Of a stretch of 64,000 bases of DNA, positions 1-13,272 are shown one piece after another. The stretch lies in contig NW_027361767.1 in assembly GCF_039654945.1 (NCBI RefSeq), positions 1,798,001 through 1,862,000 of the forward strand, read 5' to 3'. Origin of the DNA: Dendrobates tinctorius (taxonomy: Eukaryota). A program made the translations under genes and the position numbers. A model generated the notes under the pieces. That model did not search any database. It was not told the origin of the DNA and saw only the letters and a list, made by a program, of their open reading frames with translations. The stretch's first letter is position 1. Each line of letters starts with the position of its first letter.

Positions 1-295
1 GGGAACATATATATCAGGATGGGGAACAGATATACCAGGCTGGGGAACATATATATCAGGATGGGGAACAGATATACCAGGCTGGGGAACATATATATCA
101 GGATGGGGAACAGATATACCAGGCTGGGGAACATATATATCAGGATGGGGAACAGATATACCAGGCTGGGGAACATATATATCAGGATGGGGAACATGTA
201 TACCAGGATGGGGAACATGTATAAGGATGGGGAACACGTGTATCACGATGGGGAAAATGTATACCAGGATTTGGAACATATATAACAGGATGGGG
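1..295. repeat. Minisatellite, 21-bp monomer / 42-bp dimer (GGGGAACATATATATCAGGAT / GGGGAACAGATATACCAGGCT), truncated by the window edge
   Basis: Tandem copies visible directly; they degrade after about 190. Confidence 0.9.
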
Positions 296-2604
296 GACCG
301 CGACCGTTGCGCCCCTGGATACATGACAATATGGGCAATTTGGAGTGTGTGTGGGGTGATTCAATTGTCATGACAGATTCTCTTTAAGACCTGCTATTCC
401 AGATTGGGGCCTTGGAGGAAAGTCATAATAGTGTGTCTCCCACTACTGTCTCGATGCTGCCCCCATACATAGACTTCAATAGGCAGCGGTAATCTGGTTT
501 TGACCATGATGGGTGTTAGCAGCATTTCAGAATGACTGAAGCGTTCAGGAGGACGACAAGTTTCTTATATTCTCTTGTACTTTTGTACACAGTAACCATT
601 TACAGGACAGTCTCCAGGTTCCGGTGGTCCTGCCCAGTGACTCTCGGCTTTCAGCTTCACTCCTGACAATCCAGGCCCAGTGCCTGGTGCTCTCAGATGA
701 TCCGTTCTAAGGGGGCCTTATATTGGACGATACCCTGTGTGATCCCTTCTGTGAGGGACCTCCGACCACATGGTGTATGGCAATGGAGTGCTGCACCTTA
801 CACTACAAAATAATATATTGTACAGTACACGAAGTATCAATGCCATATAGTGCTGGCACATTACCCTCATACTGTGACAGCTCTATTCTGAAGTAATCTA
901 ATAGCAGTGCTGCACAATGTTTGCATAAAACTGCCCAACAGCAGTGTATGGGGTGAACACTTTGGGATAGTGTGTCTCTTTGAGAGTAGAGTGGTTCTAA
1001 AATTAGTGATTACAGAAGGGTGCAGGTGTACATAGATGTCCGCTGAAAAACTTTACTCACAAGGAGATGATGTGAGGCAACATATTGACATTTTGCTTGC
1101 ATTTTCCTCAGCAGCACTTCCATCTCAGCTGCGTTCACAGCACTGGTCTCTTCTCGATGGCAGAAATACCTGGCTCTAGCTCTTGTCTGACACTTTGCCT
1201 ACAGTCTACCACATCACAGTTCCTAAATACACAGGTGCCCGTCTCCTTACCATACCTAGAGGGCACCAGCTTCCACACTCCCCTGGTGTGGACATTTCAT
1301 CGACCATCACCGGCATCTTTCTCTTCCCCGTTGCTGGTAGATGGACTCTTCACAGGTAGACTGGTCTCTAGCTTCACACAAAACGGGTCAGGCTGGAGCT
1401 CTGTTACTCCTCCATGGACCTATGGTGATGCCCCATAATGGCAAGTGCTACTGGCTTTCATTGCTAGCGAACTATGGCACCTGGGGGACACAGACAAAAA
1501 ATGGCCCCTTTATCAATAACAATATAAGGGCTCATTGCAGCCCAAAAGCTCCTAGAAATTACTTACAGGTGTAAGTACTGGGGACCCAGAGAATATGGAG
1601 GTGTCAACGTGCGACATCCGCCGTATCTCTGTACGGCTCCAGAGGCCACGTTATACAGCCAGCACCGGTGTTCCATGAGGTTGTAGCTGAGAGGAGACAT
1701 CCACTCCAACATTCATCGCCCTACTCCTCTCCTGGAGCAGGACTGCTGGGTGCCGCCATCTTTGTACACCTATGAAGTCCAGCCTGCTCAACCAATGTTA
1801 TACTACAAGTGATCACAGGTCAAGTCCCGTAGGAGATCCAGAAAAATTGTATATAAAAAAGCCCCTACCTCCAAAAAAAATCTAGAAAACAAAAAAAAAA
1901 ATGAACATATCCTTTATTGCCGCTCGCATTACTGCCCAAAGGAAACCATTCTGAAACAAACACTACAAAATCTGAAAGAGCAGAATCGCCATTTTTGGTC
2001 ACTTCGCCCCCCTCCCTCTCCAGAACAATGGAATAAAAACTTTTGGTATTTTTTTTTGTAAAAAGGGCGAGCGATATTTTTTTTTCTCTCTGTCCTTGAA
2101 AAATTGGAGCGTTTGCCATAAACACATGATGTGAAATCAGCAGCTGCCGGCCAGAGGGGCATGTATGACCCTGGGGTTCAGAGACGGGAGGACCGATCCC
2201 GACACACCTGATGGGACTGATGCGTCATGTACGGGGTTTTCTACGTCGCTATTATTTTTAGTCCTCTGGCATTTTTATAGATTGGCACCAAATTCTTCAA
2301 AATGGCGCACGTTCTCATAAAAGAAAGCAAAATTTATAGAAAAAAAAAGTGGTAAAGATTGTGACTTACTAAAAAGTTGTAATGGATGAATCAGCCAAAA
2401 ACATTTGAGGACCCCAAACCTCGTCCCCAACGGGAACCATTAAAAAAAGACGAAAACATAAAAAATATAGATTTAGAAAAAAAAAAGCCCAAATTAAAGA
2501 CTAAAGCACAAATGAAAAACACCGAAACAAAAAAAAGGACAGAAATGTAATAATCAGTTTTATTCCCTTAATTAGAAAAAAAAATGCAACCTCACGCAGA
2601 TCAG

Positions 2605-2740
2605 CAGCGAGAACTACAACTCCCAGCATGCTCCGACACCCCGATCACGTGCTCAGTGCGGCGCAGTGATGACGTAGACAATACGCTCGGCCCAGGAGGC
2701 TGTCGGGAGTTGTAGTTTCTCCTTTCTGACTTCCTGTGTA
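2605..2740 (+). promoter_or_regulatory. Proximal promoter of the RNF11-like gene
   Basis: ZNF143/Staf-type motif ACTACAACTCCCAGCATGC at 2613, an inverted partial copy GGGAGTTGTAGTT at 2705-2717, E-box CACGTG at 2646, CRE-like TGACGTA at 2670 and ETS-like ACTTCCTG at 2729. All are CpG-rich and just upstream of the ATG at 2792. Confidence 0.65.
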
Positions 2741-2791
2741 AACAGCCCGGAGCTGGAGACTTTGTTTCTCGGGGAGCCCCGGGATTGGGGG

Positions 2792-5452
2792 ATGGGGAAC
2801 TGTCTGTCCTCGCAGACTGCCGATGATCAGTCCCTGCTCAACGATTCAGACGGTGTCAGCCTGCCCGGGGATCCGCCGCCGCCGCCATACCAGGTGATCG
2901 CCCCCTCCATCATCATCTTCATATGGATAGGGGTGCTGGGGGGCCGCACATCATCATCAGTCAGTGTGATGTCTGCTCCCAAGTCATCATCTACGGGCTC
3001 TTCTATTATTAACCCCTTCCTTTTGTGGCCATTTTTCTTTTCTTGCTCTTTCATTTATTCCATTTGTGCCGTTGTTTTTGCAGCTTTTTTTTATGCTGGC
3101 TGTGTAATTTTGCATGTCAGGACCTTACGGGGTAAATGCCTTTATATTGTGATAGATCGGACTTTTTTTCATATCTTTATACATCTTAAAGGGAAGGGGG
3201 ATTTAAAGGGGTCGTCCCTGGATCAAAACTGCAACAGATCATTAAAAAAGAAGTGTTTCCACAATTGGATAGAAACTGATGTTTTATTTATTTTCCTCAT
3301 TTATATAGCGCCATTAATTCCACAGCACATTACAGACATTATTATAGTGCTGTATCCTGTGTAACTGTCCATGTGGAGGCGCTGCAGCTGCCGGCACGTC
3401 CAGAAGGAGGAGGGAATGTCTCCTAGTGATGGCGCTGTTCTCCTCCTCGCTGCCTGTAGCGATGGTTTGTGTTGCTCAGAGGTTTAGTGCAGGATTTAAA
3501 GGGAATCTGTCCGCAAAGTTTTTACTACTCTATTTAAAAGCAGCATAATGTAGGGGCAGAGACCCTGATTCCAGTGATGTCTCACTTATTGGGCTGCTTA
3601 CTGTAGTTTTCACTAAAAAAAAAAGGTGATTTCTCTGCGCCGATCCAGCAGTGCTCAGAATGCTGAGCTCTGTATAACCCCGCCCACACCACTGGCTGCT
3701 TTCTGCCTAGCCACAGTGTATTTAAACAGCAGTGATTGGGGGTAACTGATCGCTGCTGTTAGAGACTACTGATGGACGTATAGCAGATATGTGGGCTTCA
3801 AGGTAGGGGCCCTATGCATTGGGGCTCCTAAAGACCTTGGCCAACTTGTGACCTGCGCATATGTGGGCAGTACGGAGACTCATATAGCCACACAGTATCC
3901 TCCCCTTGTATTAGATCTCGAGATTTGTAATGGAGATTTCAGGTAAAAGTAATCTTGACTGGTCCTAGTGTCTTACAAAATAATTGTCAGTTGTAATATC
4001 CTTTTACGTTTTCGGTTGTCAGCTTTCAATTTTTTACTTTACCTTTAGGAGCAAGAGCCAGACCCTGTCTATCACCCCACACCCAGCCAGACCCGACTCG
4101 CTACTCAGCTGACCGAAGAAGAACAGGTGTGGATTGCTCAAAGAATCGGCCTTATACAGCACCTGCCTAAAGGCAGATACGACCCCGGGTCCGAACCATG
4201 CGAGAAGAAACCAAAAGAGTGAGTGAACTTACTGCAAATGTCATGACAATGTGATGTATAGTGCCGCTCTATGTACAAGAATATAACTACTATAATACTG
4301 CCCCTATGTACAAGAATATAACTACTATAATACTGCCCCTATGTACAAGAATATAACTACTATAATACTGCTCCTATGTACAAGAATATAACTACTATAA
4401 TACTGCCCCCTATGTACAAGAATATAACTACTATAATACTGCTCCTATGTACAAGAATATAACTACTATAATACTGCCCCTATGTACAAGAATATAACTA
4501 CTATAATACTGCTCCCTATGTACAAGAATATAACTACTATAATACTGCCCCCTATGTACAAGAATATAACTACTATAATACTGCTCCTATGTACAAGCAT
4601 ATAACTACTATAATACTGCCCCCTATGTACAAGCATATAACTACTATAATACTGCCCCCTATGTACAAGAATATAACTACTATAATACTGCCCCTATGTA
4701 CAAGAATATAACTACTATAATACTGCTCCTATGTACAAGAATATAACTACTATAATACTGCCCCCTATGTACAAGAATATAACTACTATAATACTGCCCC
4801 CTATGTACAAGAATATAACTACTATAATGCTGCTCCTATGTACAAGAATATAACTACTATAATACTGCTCCCTATGTACAAGAATATAACTACTATAATA
4901 CTGCTCCCTATGTACAAGAATATAACTACTATAATACTGCTCCCTATGTACAAGAATATAACTACTATAATACTGCTCCCTATGTACAAGAATATAACTA
5001 CTATAATACTGCTCCTATGTACAAGAATATAACTACTATAATACTGCTCCTATGTATAAGAATATAACTACTATAATACTGCCCCTATGAAAAGAATATA
5101 ACTGCTATACTACTGCCCCTATGTACAAGAATATAACTACTATAACACTGCCCCTATGTACAGGAGTATATCTACTATAATACAGCAGGGCAAGGATAAG
5201 CATGTGCCGTTTGCTTCGTACATGTGGTCACCAGGTCGGTGCTGTTCTCTCTGTAGGTGTGTGATCTGTATGCTGGATTTCGTTGGTGGGGACCCGGTCC
5301 GCTTCCTGCCTTGCATGCACGTCTACCACATGGAGTGTATAGATAACTGGCTCATGCGATCGTTCACGTGCCCTTCCTGCATGGAGCCGGTGGACGCTGC
5401 TCTGCTCTCCTCTTATGAGACATGCCGAACGGACGGTGTCACAGATCGGTGA
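2792..5452 (+). CDS. RNF11: RING finger protein 11-like E3 ubiquitin ligase (RING-H2), 155 aa, 3 exons
   Basis: Exons 2792-2893, 4049-4218, 5257-5452 with GT-AG junctions, 468 nt in frame. Protein: MGNCL acylation motif, PPPPY motif, VYHPTPSQTRLATQLTEEEQ, RING-H2 CVICMLDF...LPCMHVYH..CID.WLMRSFTCPSCMEPVDAALLSSYET. Probably a paralog rather than the 1:1 ortholog. Confidence 0.9.
4270..5183 (+). repeat. 35-36-bp minisatellite (TATGTACAAGAATATAACTACTATAATACTGCCCC) in RNF11-like intron 2
   Basis: About 25 tandem copies; same family as 26030-29275 and 56935-59085. Confidence 0.95.
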
Positions 5453-6108
5453 TATCATGGCAGCCGGCGACGCTTGCCGCTCTGGCAAAAATTACGTCCA
5501 TCTCGTGACTAGGCTTCTCCTCGAGTCCTGAGATGATTAACCAGCTGCTTGATGGATCCAGGACCATGGATTTTGGAGCTTCCCGCATGTGGGACATGGT
5601 CTGTATTACATATGACTGGAATGTGAAAGGACTGAGCAGAGGAGCCAGCCCCCTTCTTAAAGGGGCCTTTCTAGACCCTCCGGTGGGTTTCAGGTTTCTC
5701 ATCTCGTCGGCCATTGCCTTACAGGACACACTTCATCTCACAGCGTTGGGGTACACGGCTGCATCCCGGATCATCAAATCTTCTACCAATCGTAGAGAGA
5801 AACTGTAGTTCTCATGACAACAATTTTGCTTGTGCGAGTGTGTGCCTGCAGAGGTGGAGTGCGAGCTGGATTGACGCGAGGCTTAAAGATTAATAGGGGT
5901 CCCTGACACCAACTAAGCCCCTTTTAAGACTTTACCCCTTAGAGTTTTCAATAGTACCAGAGTACGGCTGGAAACTTACATGTAGCAACTGTGTAATGAC
6001 ATTATAGTATAACACTGATCCCGAGTTACATCCGGTATTATACCCCAGAGCTGCACTCACTATTCTGCTGGTGCAGTCACTGTGTACATACATTGCATCA
6101 GTAATGTA

Positions 6109-7740
<1,632 letters not shown>

Positions 7741-8075
7741 TATGTATACAGTTACTTCTCCACCAGAAGAACAGTGAGTGCAGCTCTGGGGTATAATACA
7801 GGATGTAACTCAGGATCAGTAATGTATGTACACAGTGACTGCACCATCAGAATAGTGAGTGCAGCTCTGGAGTACAATACAGGATGTAACTCAGGATCAG
7901 TACCAGGGCTGTGGAGTCGGAGTCGTGGAGTTGGTATAAAATGGACCGACTCCGACTCCCAAAATATATAAAATTGGGTACAGTAGTTCAATGCAGAATG
8001 TGCTGAATATTTTTTCATAGGAATTTGGGAAAGTTATGAAATGTCCTATAAATGGCTGTTCTATTCCTGATCTAA

Positions 8076-8571
8076 GGCTACATTCACACACAGCGTTTTT
8101 GCTGCGTTTTTTGAGGATACGTTTTTCAGCTGGAAAAGCAGATCAGCTTTTTAAAAACCGCATCACCTAAAAGGTTTTTGAGCTCATAGATGTTTTCAAT
8201 AGCAAAAGCAGATTAGAAATCTGCTCTATCCATCTATCTATCCATATCTTATCTGTACCAAAAAGAATGAAAGCCTGGTAGCACACAGACTAACGCTATA
8301 TTTTTTTTTTAGCACCAGTCAGGTACACCTCATAGCTTCCCAAAAGGATGCCCAGGACAGGCATTGCTCGTCTTCAGTAACACATCAACATCAATTGATA
8401 GTATAAATAGATTGCATTCACCACCACATCTTCTTAAGGTGCAGGCTTTATTTTCAAATGTAGGGGTGTGCAGTATGAGGTTCTGCAGCAGCTGAGGCGT
8501 GCAGTATGAGGTTCTATACCCCCCCCCCCAAAAGGTTTGATCCTGGCTTTGCCCATGGTGTGAATGTAGCC
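8076..8571. mobile_element. PIF/Harbinger-type MITE
   Basis: 14-bp TIR GGCTACATTCACAC / GTGTGAATGTAGCC; flanks TAA / TGA. Confidence 0.7.
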
Positions 8572-8632
8572 TGAGGATCTAGGGTTTGTCTCAGCTGAGA
8601 GAAGTCATAGTGTTATATATTACACACACACA

Positions 8633-10254
8633 CAGTACAGACCAAAAGTTTAGACACACCTTCTCAATCAAAGAGTTTTCTTTACTTTCATGACTATGAT
8701 AATTGTAGATTCACTCTGAAGGCATCAAAACTATGAATTAGCACATGTGGAATTATATAATTAGCAAAAAAGTGTGAAACAACTGAAAATGTCTTATATT
8801 CTAGGTTCTTCAAAGTAGCCACCTTTTGCTTTGATTACTGCTTTGCACACTCTTGGCATGCTCTTGATGAGCTTCAAGAGGTAGTCACTGGAAATGGTTT
8901 TCACTTCACAGGTGTGCCCTGTCAGGTTTAATAAGTGGGATTTCTTGCCTTATAAATGGGGTTGGGACCATCAGTTGTGATGTACAGAAGTCTGGTGGAT
9001 ACACAGCTGATAGTCTTACTGAATAGACTGTTAGCTGCTTTTTTCTTGCCATAATACAAATTCTAAGTAAAGAAAAACGAGTGGCCATCATTACTTTAAG
9101 AAATGAAGGTCAGTCAGTCCGAAAAATTGGGAAAACTTTGAAAGTGTCCCCAAGTGCAGTGGCAAAAACCATCAAGCGCTACAAAGAAACTGGCTCACAT
9201 GAGGACCGCCCCAGGAAAGGAAGACCAAGAGTCACCTCTGCTGCGGAGGATAAGTTCATCCGAGTCACCAGCTTCAGAAATCGCAGGTTAACAGCAGCTC
9301 AGATTAGAGACCAGGTCAATGCCACACAGAGTTCTAGCAGCAGACACATCTCTACAACAACTGTTAAGAGGAGACTTTGTGCAGCAGGCCTTCATGGTAA
9401 AATAGCTGCTAGGAAACCACTGCTAAGGACAGGCAACAAGCAGAAGAGACTTGTTTGGGCTAAAGAACACAAGGCATGGACATTAGACCAGTGGAAATCT
9501 GTGCTTTGGTCTGATGAGTCCAAATTTGAGATCTTTGGTTCCAACCACCGTGTCTTTGTGCGACGCAGAAAAGGTGAACGGATGGACTCTACATGCCTGG
9601 TTCCCACCGTGAAGCATGGAGGAGGTGTGATGGTGTGGGGGGGCTTTGCTGGTGACACTGTTGGGGATTTATTCAAAATTGAAGGCATACTGAACCAGCA
9701 TGGCTACCACAGCATCTTGCAGCGGCATGCTATTCCATCCGGTTTGCGTTTAGTTGGACCATCATTTATTTTTCAACAGGACAATGACCCCAAACCCACC
9801 TCCAGGCTGTGTAAGGGCTATTTGACCAAGGAGGAGAGTGATGGGGTGCTACGCCAGATGACCTGGCCTCCACAGTCACCAGACCTGGACCCAATCGAGA
9901 TGGTTTGGGGTGAGCTGGACCGCAGAGTGAAGTCAAAAGGGCCAACAAGTGCTAAGCATCTCTGGGAACTCCTTCAAGACTGTTGGAAGACCATTTCCGG
10001 TGACTACCTCTTGAAGCTCATCAAGAGAATGCCAAGAGTGTGCAAAGCAGTAATCAAAGCAAAAGGTGGCTACTTTGAAGAACCTAGAATATAAGATATT
10101 TTCAGTTGTTTCACACTTTTTTGTTAATTATATAATTCCACATGTGTTAATTCATAGTTTTGATGCCTTCAGAGTGAATCTACAATTTTCATAGTCATGA
10201 AAATAAAGAAAACTCTTTGAATGGGAAGGTGTGTCCAAACTTTGGTCTGTACTG
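8633..10254 (+). mobile_element. Tc1/mariner element of the DD38E (Intruder-like) type
   Basis: TIRs CAGTACAGACCAAAAGTT... / ...AAACTTTGGTCTGTACTG with TA on the right; 38 residues between the D of QQD and the E of PIE. Confidence 0.9.
9031..10094 (+). pseudogene. DD38E transposase whose start codon is inverted; body open from 9081 to 10094
   Basis: Open frame with GRPR, WSDESK, QQDNDPK and SPDLDPIE. The N-terminal MARKKQL codons lie on the minus strand within 9031-9066. Confidence 0.8.
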
Positions 10255-12769
10255 TATATATGTAATCGATATTATACAGTGTATTACATATTTACAATTT
10301 ATTAGTTTTTTGTGTTCTAAAGTTGTATTCCAATAAATATATATTATGTTCTATCTAAATATCTTGATTATTGTATCATAAAAATGATTAAATGTCTGAT
10401 GTTCACATTGTACTACAATAAATTTTTCACTTAAATATAAGCAATATATGTGGGAGCCGGAATTGGAGTCGGAGTTGGTGTAAGGGAAATTGAGGAGTCG
10501 GAGGTTTGGCTTACCTACTCCACAGCCCTGATCAGTACAGGATCAGTAATGTATGTACAGTGACTGCAGCAGCAGAATAGTGAGTGCAGCTCTGGGGTAT
10601 AATACAGGATGCAACTCAGGATCAGTACTGTATGTACACAGTGACTGCACCAGCAGAATAGTGAGTGCAGCTCTGGGGTATAATACAGGATGCAACTCAG
10701 GATCAGTACTGTAATGTATGTACACAGTGACTGCACCAGCAGAATATTGAGTGCAGCTCTGGAGTATAATACAGGATGTAACTCAGGATCAGTAATGCAA
10801 TGTATGTACACAGTGACTGCACCAGCAGAATAGTGAGTGCAGCTCTGGAGTGTAATACAGGATGTAACTCAGGATCAGTAATGTATGTACACAGTGACTG
10901 CACCAGCAGAATAGTGAGTGCAGCTCTGGGGTATAATATAGATGTAACTCAGGATCAGTAATGTATGTACGCAGTGACTGCACCAGCAGAATAGTGAGTG
11001 CAGCTCTGGAGTATAATGCAGGATGTAATTCGGGATCAGTAATGTACACAGTGACTGCACCAGCAGAATAGTGAGTGCAGCTCTGGAGTATAATACAGGA
11101 TGTATCTCAGGATCAGTAATGTATGTACACAGTGACTGCATCAGCAGAATAGTGAGTGCAGCTCTGGAGTATAATACTGGAGGTAACTCAGGATTAGTGA
11201 CATATTGCAGTGACTTGAGGGGTGGGGGGAAACCTGTGTGAGGGGATGGATTTTAGCCTTTTTAACAAAGAAAAAATGTCCAAGGGTTTGCAGTGACGGG
11301 GTCTTGCAGCCAATTCTGCAGTCGGTGCACACATACTCTTTTATGATTATGGGGACATGTTAGATGGGTTTGGTCACTTGGGCAATCCTGTAGATATTGT
11401 GTACCCTGCCGTACAGTGTCTGCTCTTCCTCAGCCATAGGCAAGTGTCTGTATATGATCTGATGGAAGAATGAGATGATTTTACACAGACTGGTCTCAAT
11501 CTTCCTAAAGGGATCGTCGTCTTCTCTGTGAACCCCTTAATTACTATATTTCCAATGTAAATTAACAGCCTGCGGTATCTGCACGGTCTCCTGTGCCGTT
11601 TGTGCACCTTGGTGTCTTATGGCTTTGGTTATATGAGCTTTGTTGGTTGCTGGTCAGGTAATGGCCGTCTAACCTACATATTTTTAATCTTTTTTTTCCA
11701 TCACAAAGTAAAGTTTTTGCAAATATTTCCGTGACCACCCCCCCTACACGAGAAACCACCCACATGAATGTAACACGATCACAGGTGGATGTGTTCCTGG
11801 CTGCGGAAGCGTCTGTGTAAATAAAGATTTTTTTTAAAAAAAAAAAAACTAACTAACAGGAGGTGCTCAGTACTGCACATGGTGAGCGCTGGCTGGGATC
11901 AGCGCCGATGGGTCTTTTTTCCAATAAACTTTGGGTGTGACTGTACGTCCGGTCACAGAGCCCAGCAGTGCGCTTCCACGGGGGTCACTGGGGAGCCGGC
12001 GCGGCCGGTCTATGATTAGAGGAGATTTGGACTTGTATAGAAGGGTCCAAACCCCCTCACTGCAAATGTGCATCCACATGGGAGGGCACGTGCACCACCA
12101 AACCCATCCTTCACATGTCAGTGGTGGAGGCTAAGAATCCAAACACATCCACTATCACTACACATGTGCGTCCATGGGCCAGTGACATAGGGGCGCCTTT
12201 AATATACAATTATCTCAGCCATAAGTTATCCACATAACACCCGAGCCTGGACATAGGGTGCAGGCCCAATAGAGGCCATCACAGCCCCAATCAACAGCGC
12301 AAGAAATCTAGAAGCAAATACTTGCCCTGTGCTGTGGCTGCATGTCCATGGTGCTATAGATATTAGTGGCCACACTGCATTGTCTGCCCTGCAGCTACAT
12401 GTGCCCCTACATAGCCATGGTGCTAAAGATTAGTGGCCACACTGCATGGTCTGCCGAGCGCTATATACACTGAGGTCCAGGGGTCATAAAGACAGAGATA
12501 CATGAAGATCAGGCCAGACAAGAACTCTCCCGACGACTGCTCTCACAAAATTAGGCTTTTTCTGAAACATCGCATTTTGCAGCAAAGCAAAGCTGCCCCT
12601 ATTCACCCGGCCCACGGATCAGGCAGCTGTATGTGAGTGGGCTTAAAGACCAAGCAAGTTAGTTATGTAGTGATGACATCCATTCTGTATAATGTGCCAG
12701 GCTGTGGTACGGGTCACAAAGATACTTAGCTGGTGTAACCTGCACCCGGCTGTGGTAAGGGTCATACAA

Positions 12770-13270
12770 CCCTGTATAATCAGTGCCAGGCCATAGGCAC
12801 TGATCCTGCATAATCTGTGCCAGACAATAGATAGTGACCCTGTATAATCACAGTGCAATCGCCATACAGACACTGACCCTGTATAATCTGTGCTAGGCCA
12901 TACAGACACCAAAACTATATAATCAGTTCCAGGTATACAGATACTGTATAATCAATGCCAGCCCATACAGACACTGACCGTGTTTTATCAGTACTAGGAC
13001 ATACAGACACTGACCCTGTATAATGTGTACTAGGACATACAGACACTGACCCTGTATAATGTGTACTAGGACATACAGACACTGACCCTGTATAATGTGC
13101 CAGGCCGTACAAACACCAACCCTGTATAATCGGTGCTAGGCCATACAGACACTGACCCTGTATAATCTGTGCCAGGTCGTACAGACACCTACCCTGTATA
13201 ATCTGTGCGAGGCCATACAGACACCTACCCTGTATAATCGGTGCTAGGCCATACACATGCCAACACTGTA
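12770..13270. repeat. About 35-37-bp minisatellite (CCATACAGACACTGACCCTGTATAAT...GTGCTAGG)
   Basis: About 13 diverged tandem copies, ending at the Tc1 insertion. Confidence 0.8.
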
Positions 13271-13272
13271 TA

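Larger units (their letters stand above)
7904..10530. mobile_element. Non-autonomous hAT-type element (about 0.5 kb once its inserts are removed), hosting a MITE and a Tc1-like element
   Basis: TIR CAGGGCTGTGGAGT(C/A)GG at both ends; exact 8-bp TSD ATCAGTAC at 7896-7903 and 10531-10538; GGAGTC subterminal repeats. Confidence 0.85.

Noticed and set aside
1085-1574. Short ORFs upstream of the RNF11-like gene
   Set aside because: No recognisable domain or convincing splice structure; left unassigned.
2762-3364. 200-aa ORF with hydrophobic stretches
   Set aside because: RNF11-like exon 1 read through into intron 1; the donor at 2894 and downstream exons explain it.
4270-5183. 35-36-bp repeats of CRISPR-like length (also 26030-29275 and 56935-59085)
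   Set aside because: Head-to-tail units with no unique spacers, no cas genes, and a eukaryotic intron context.
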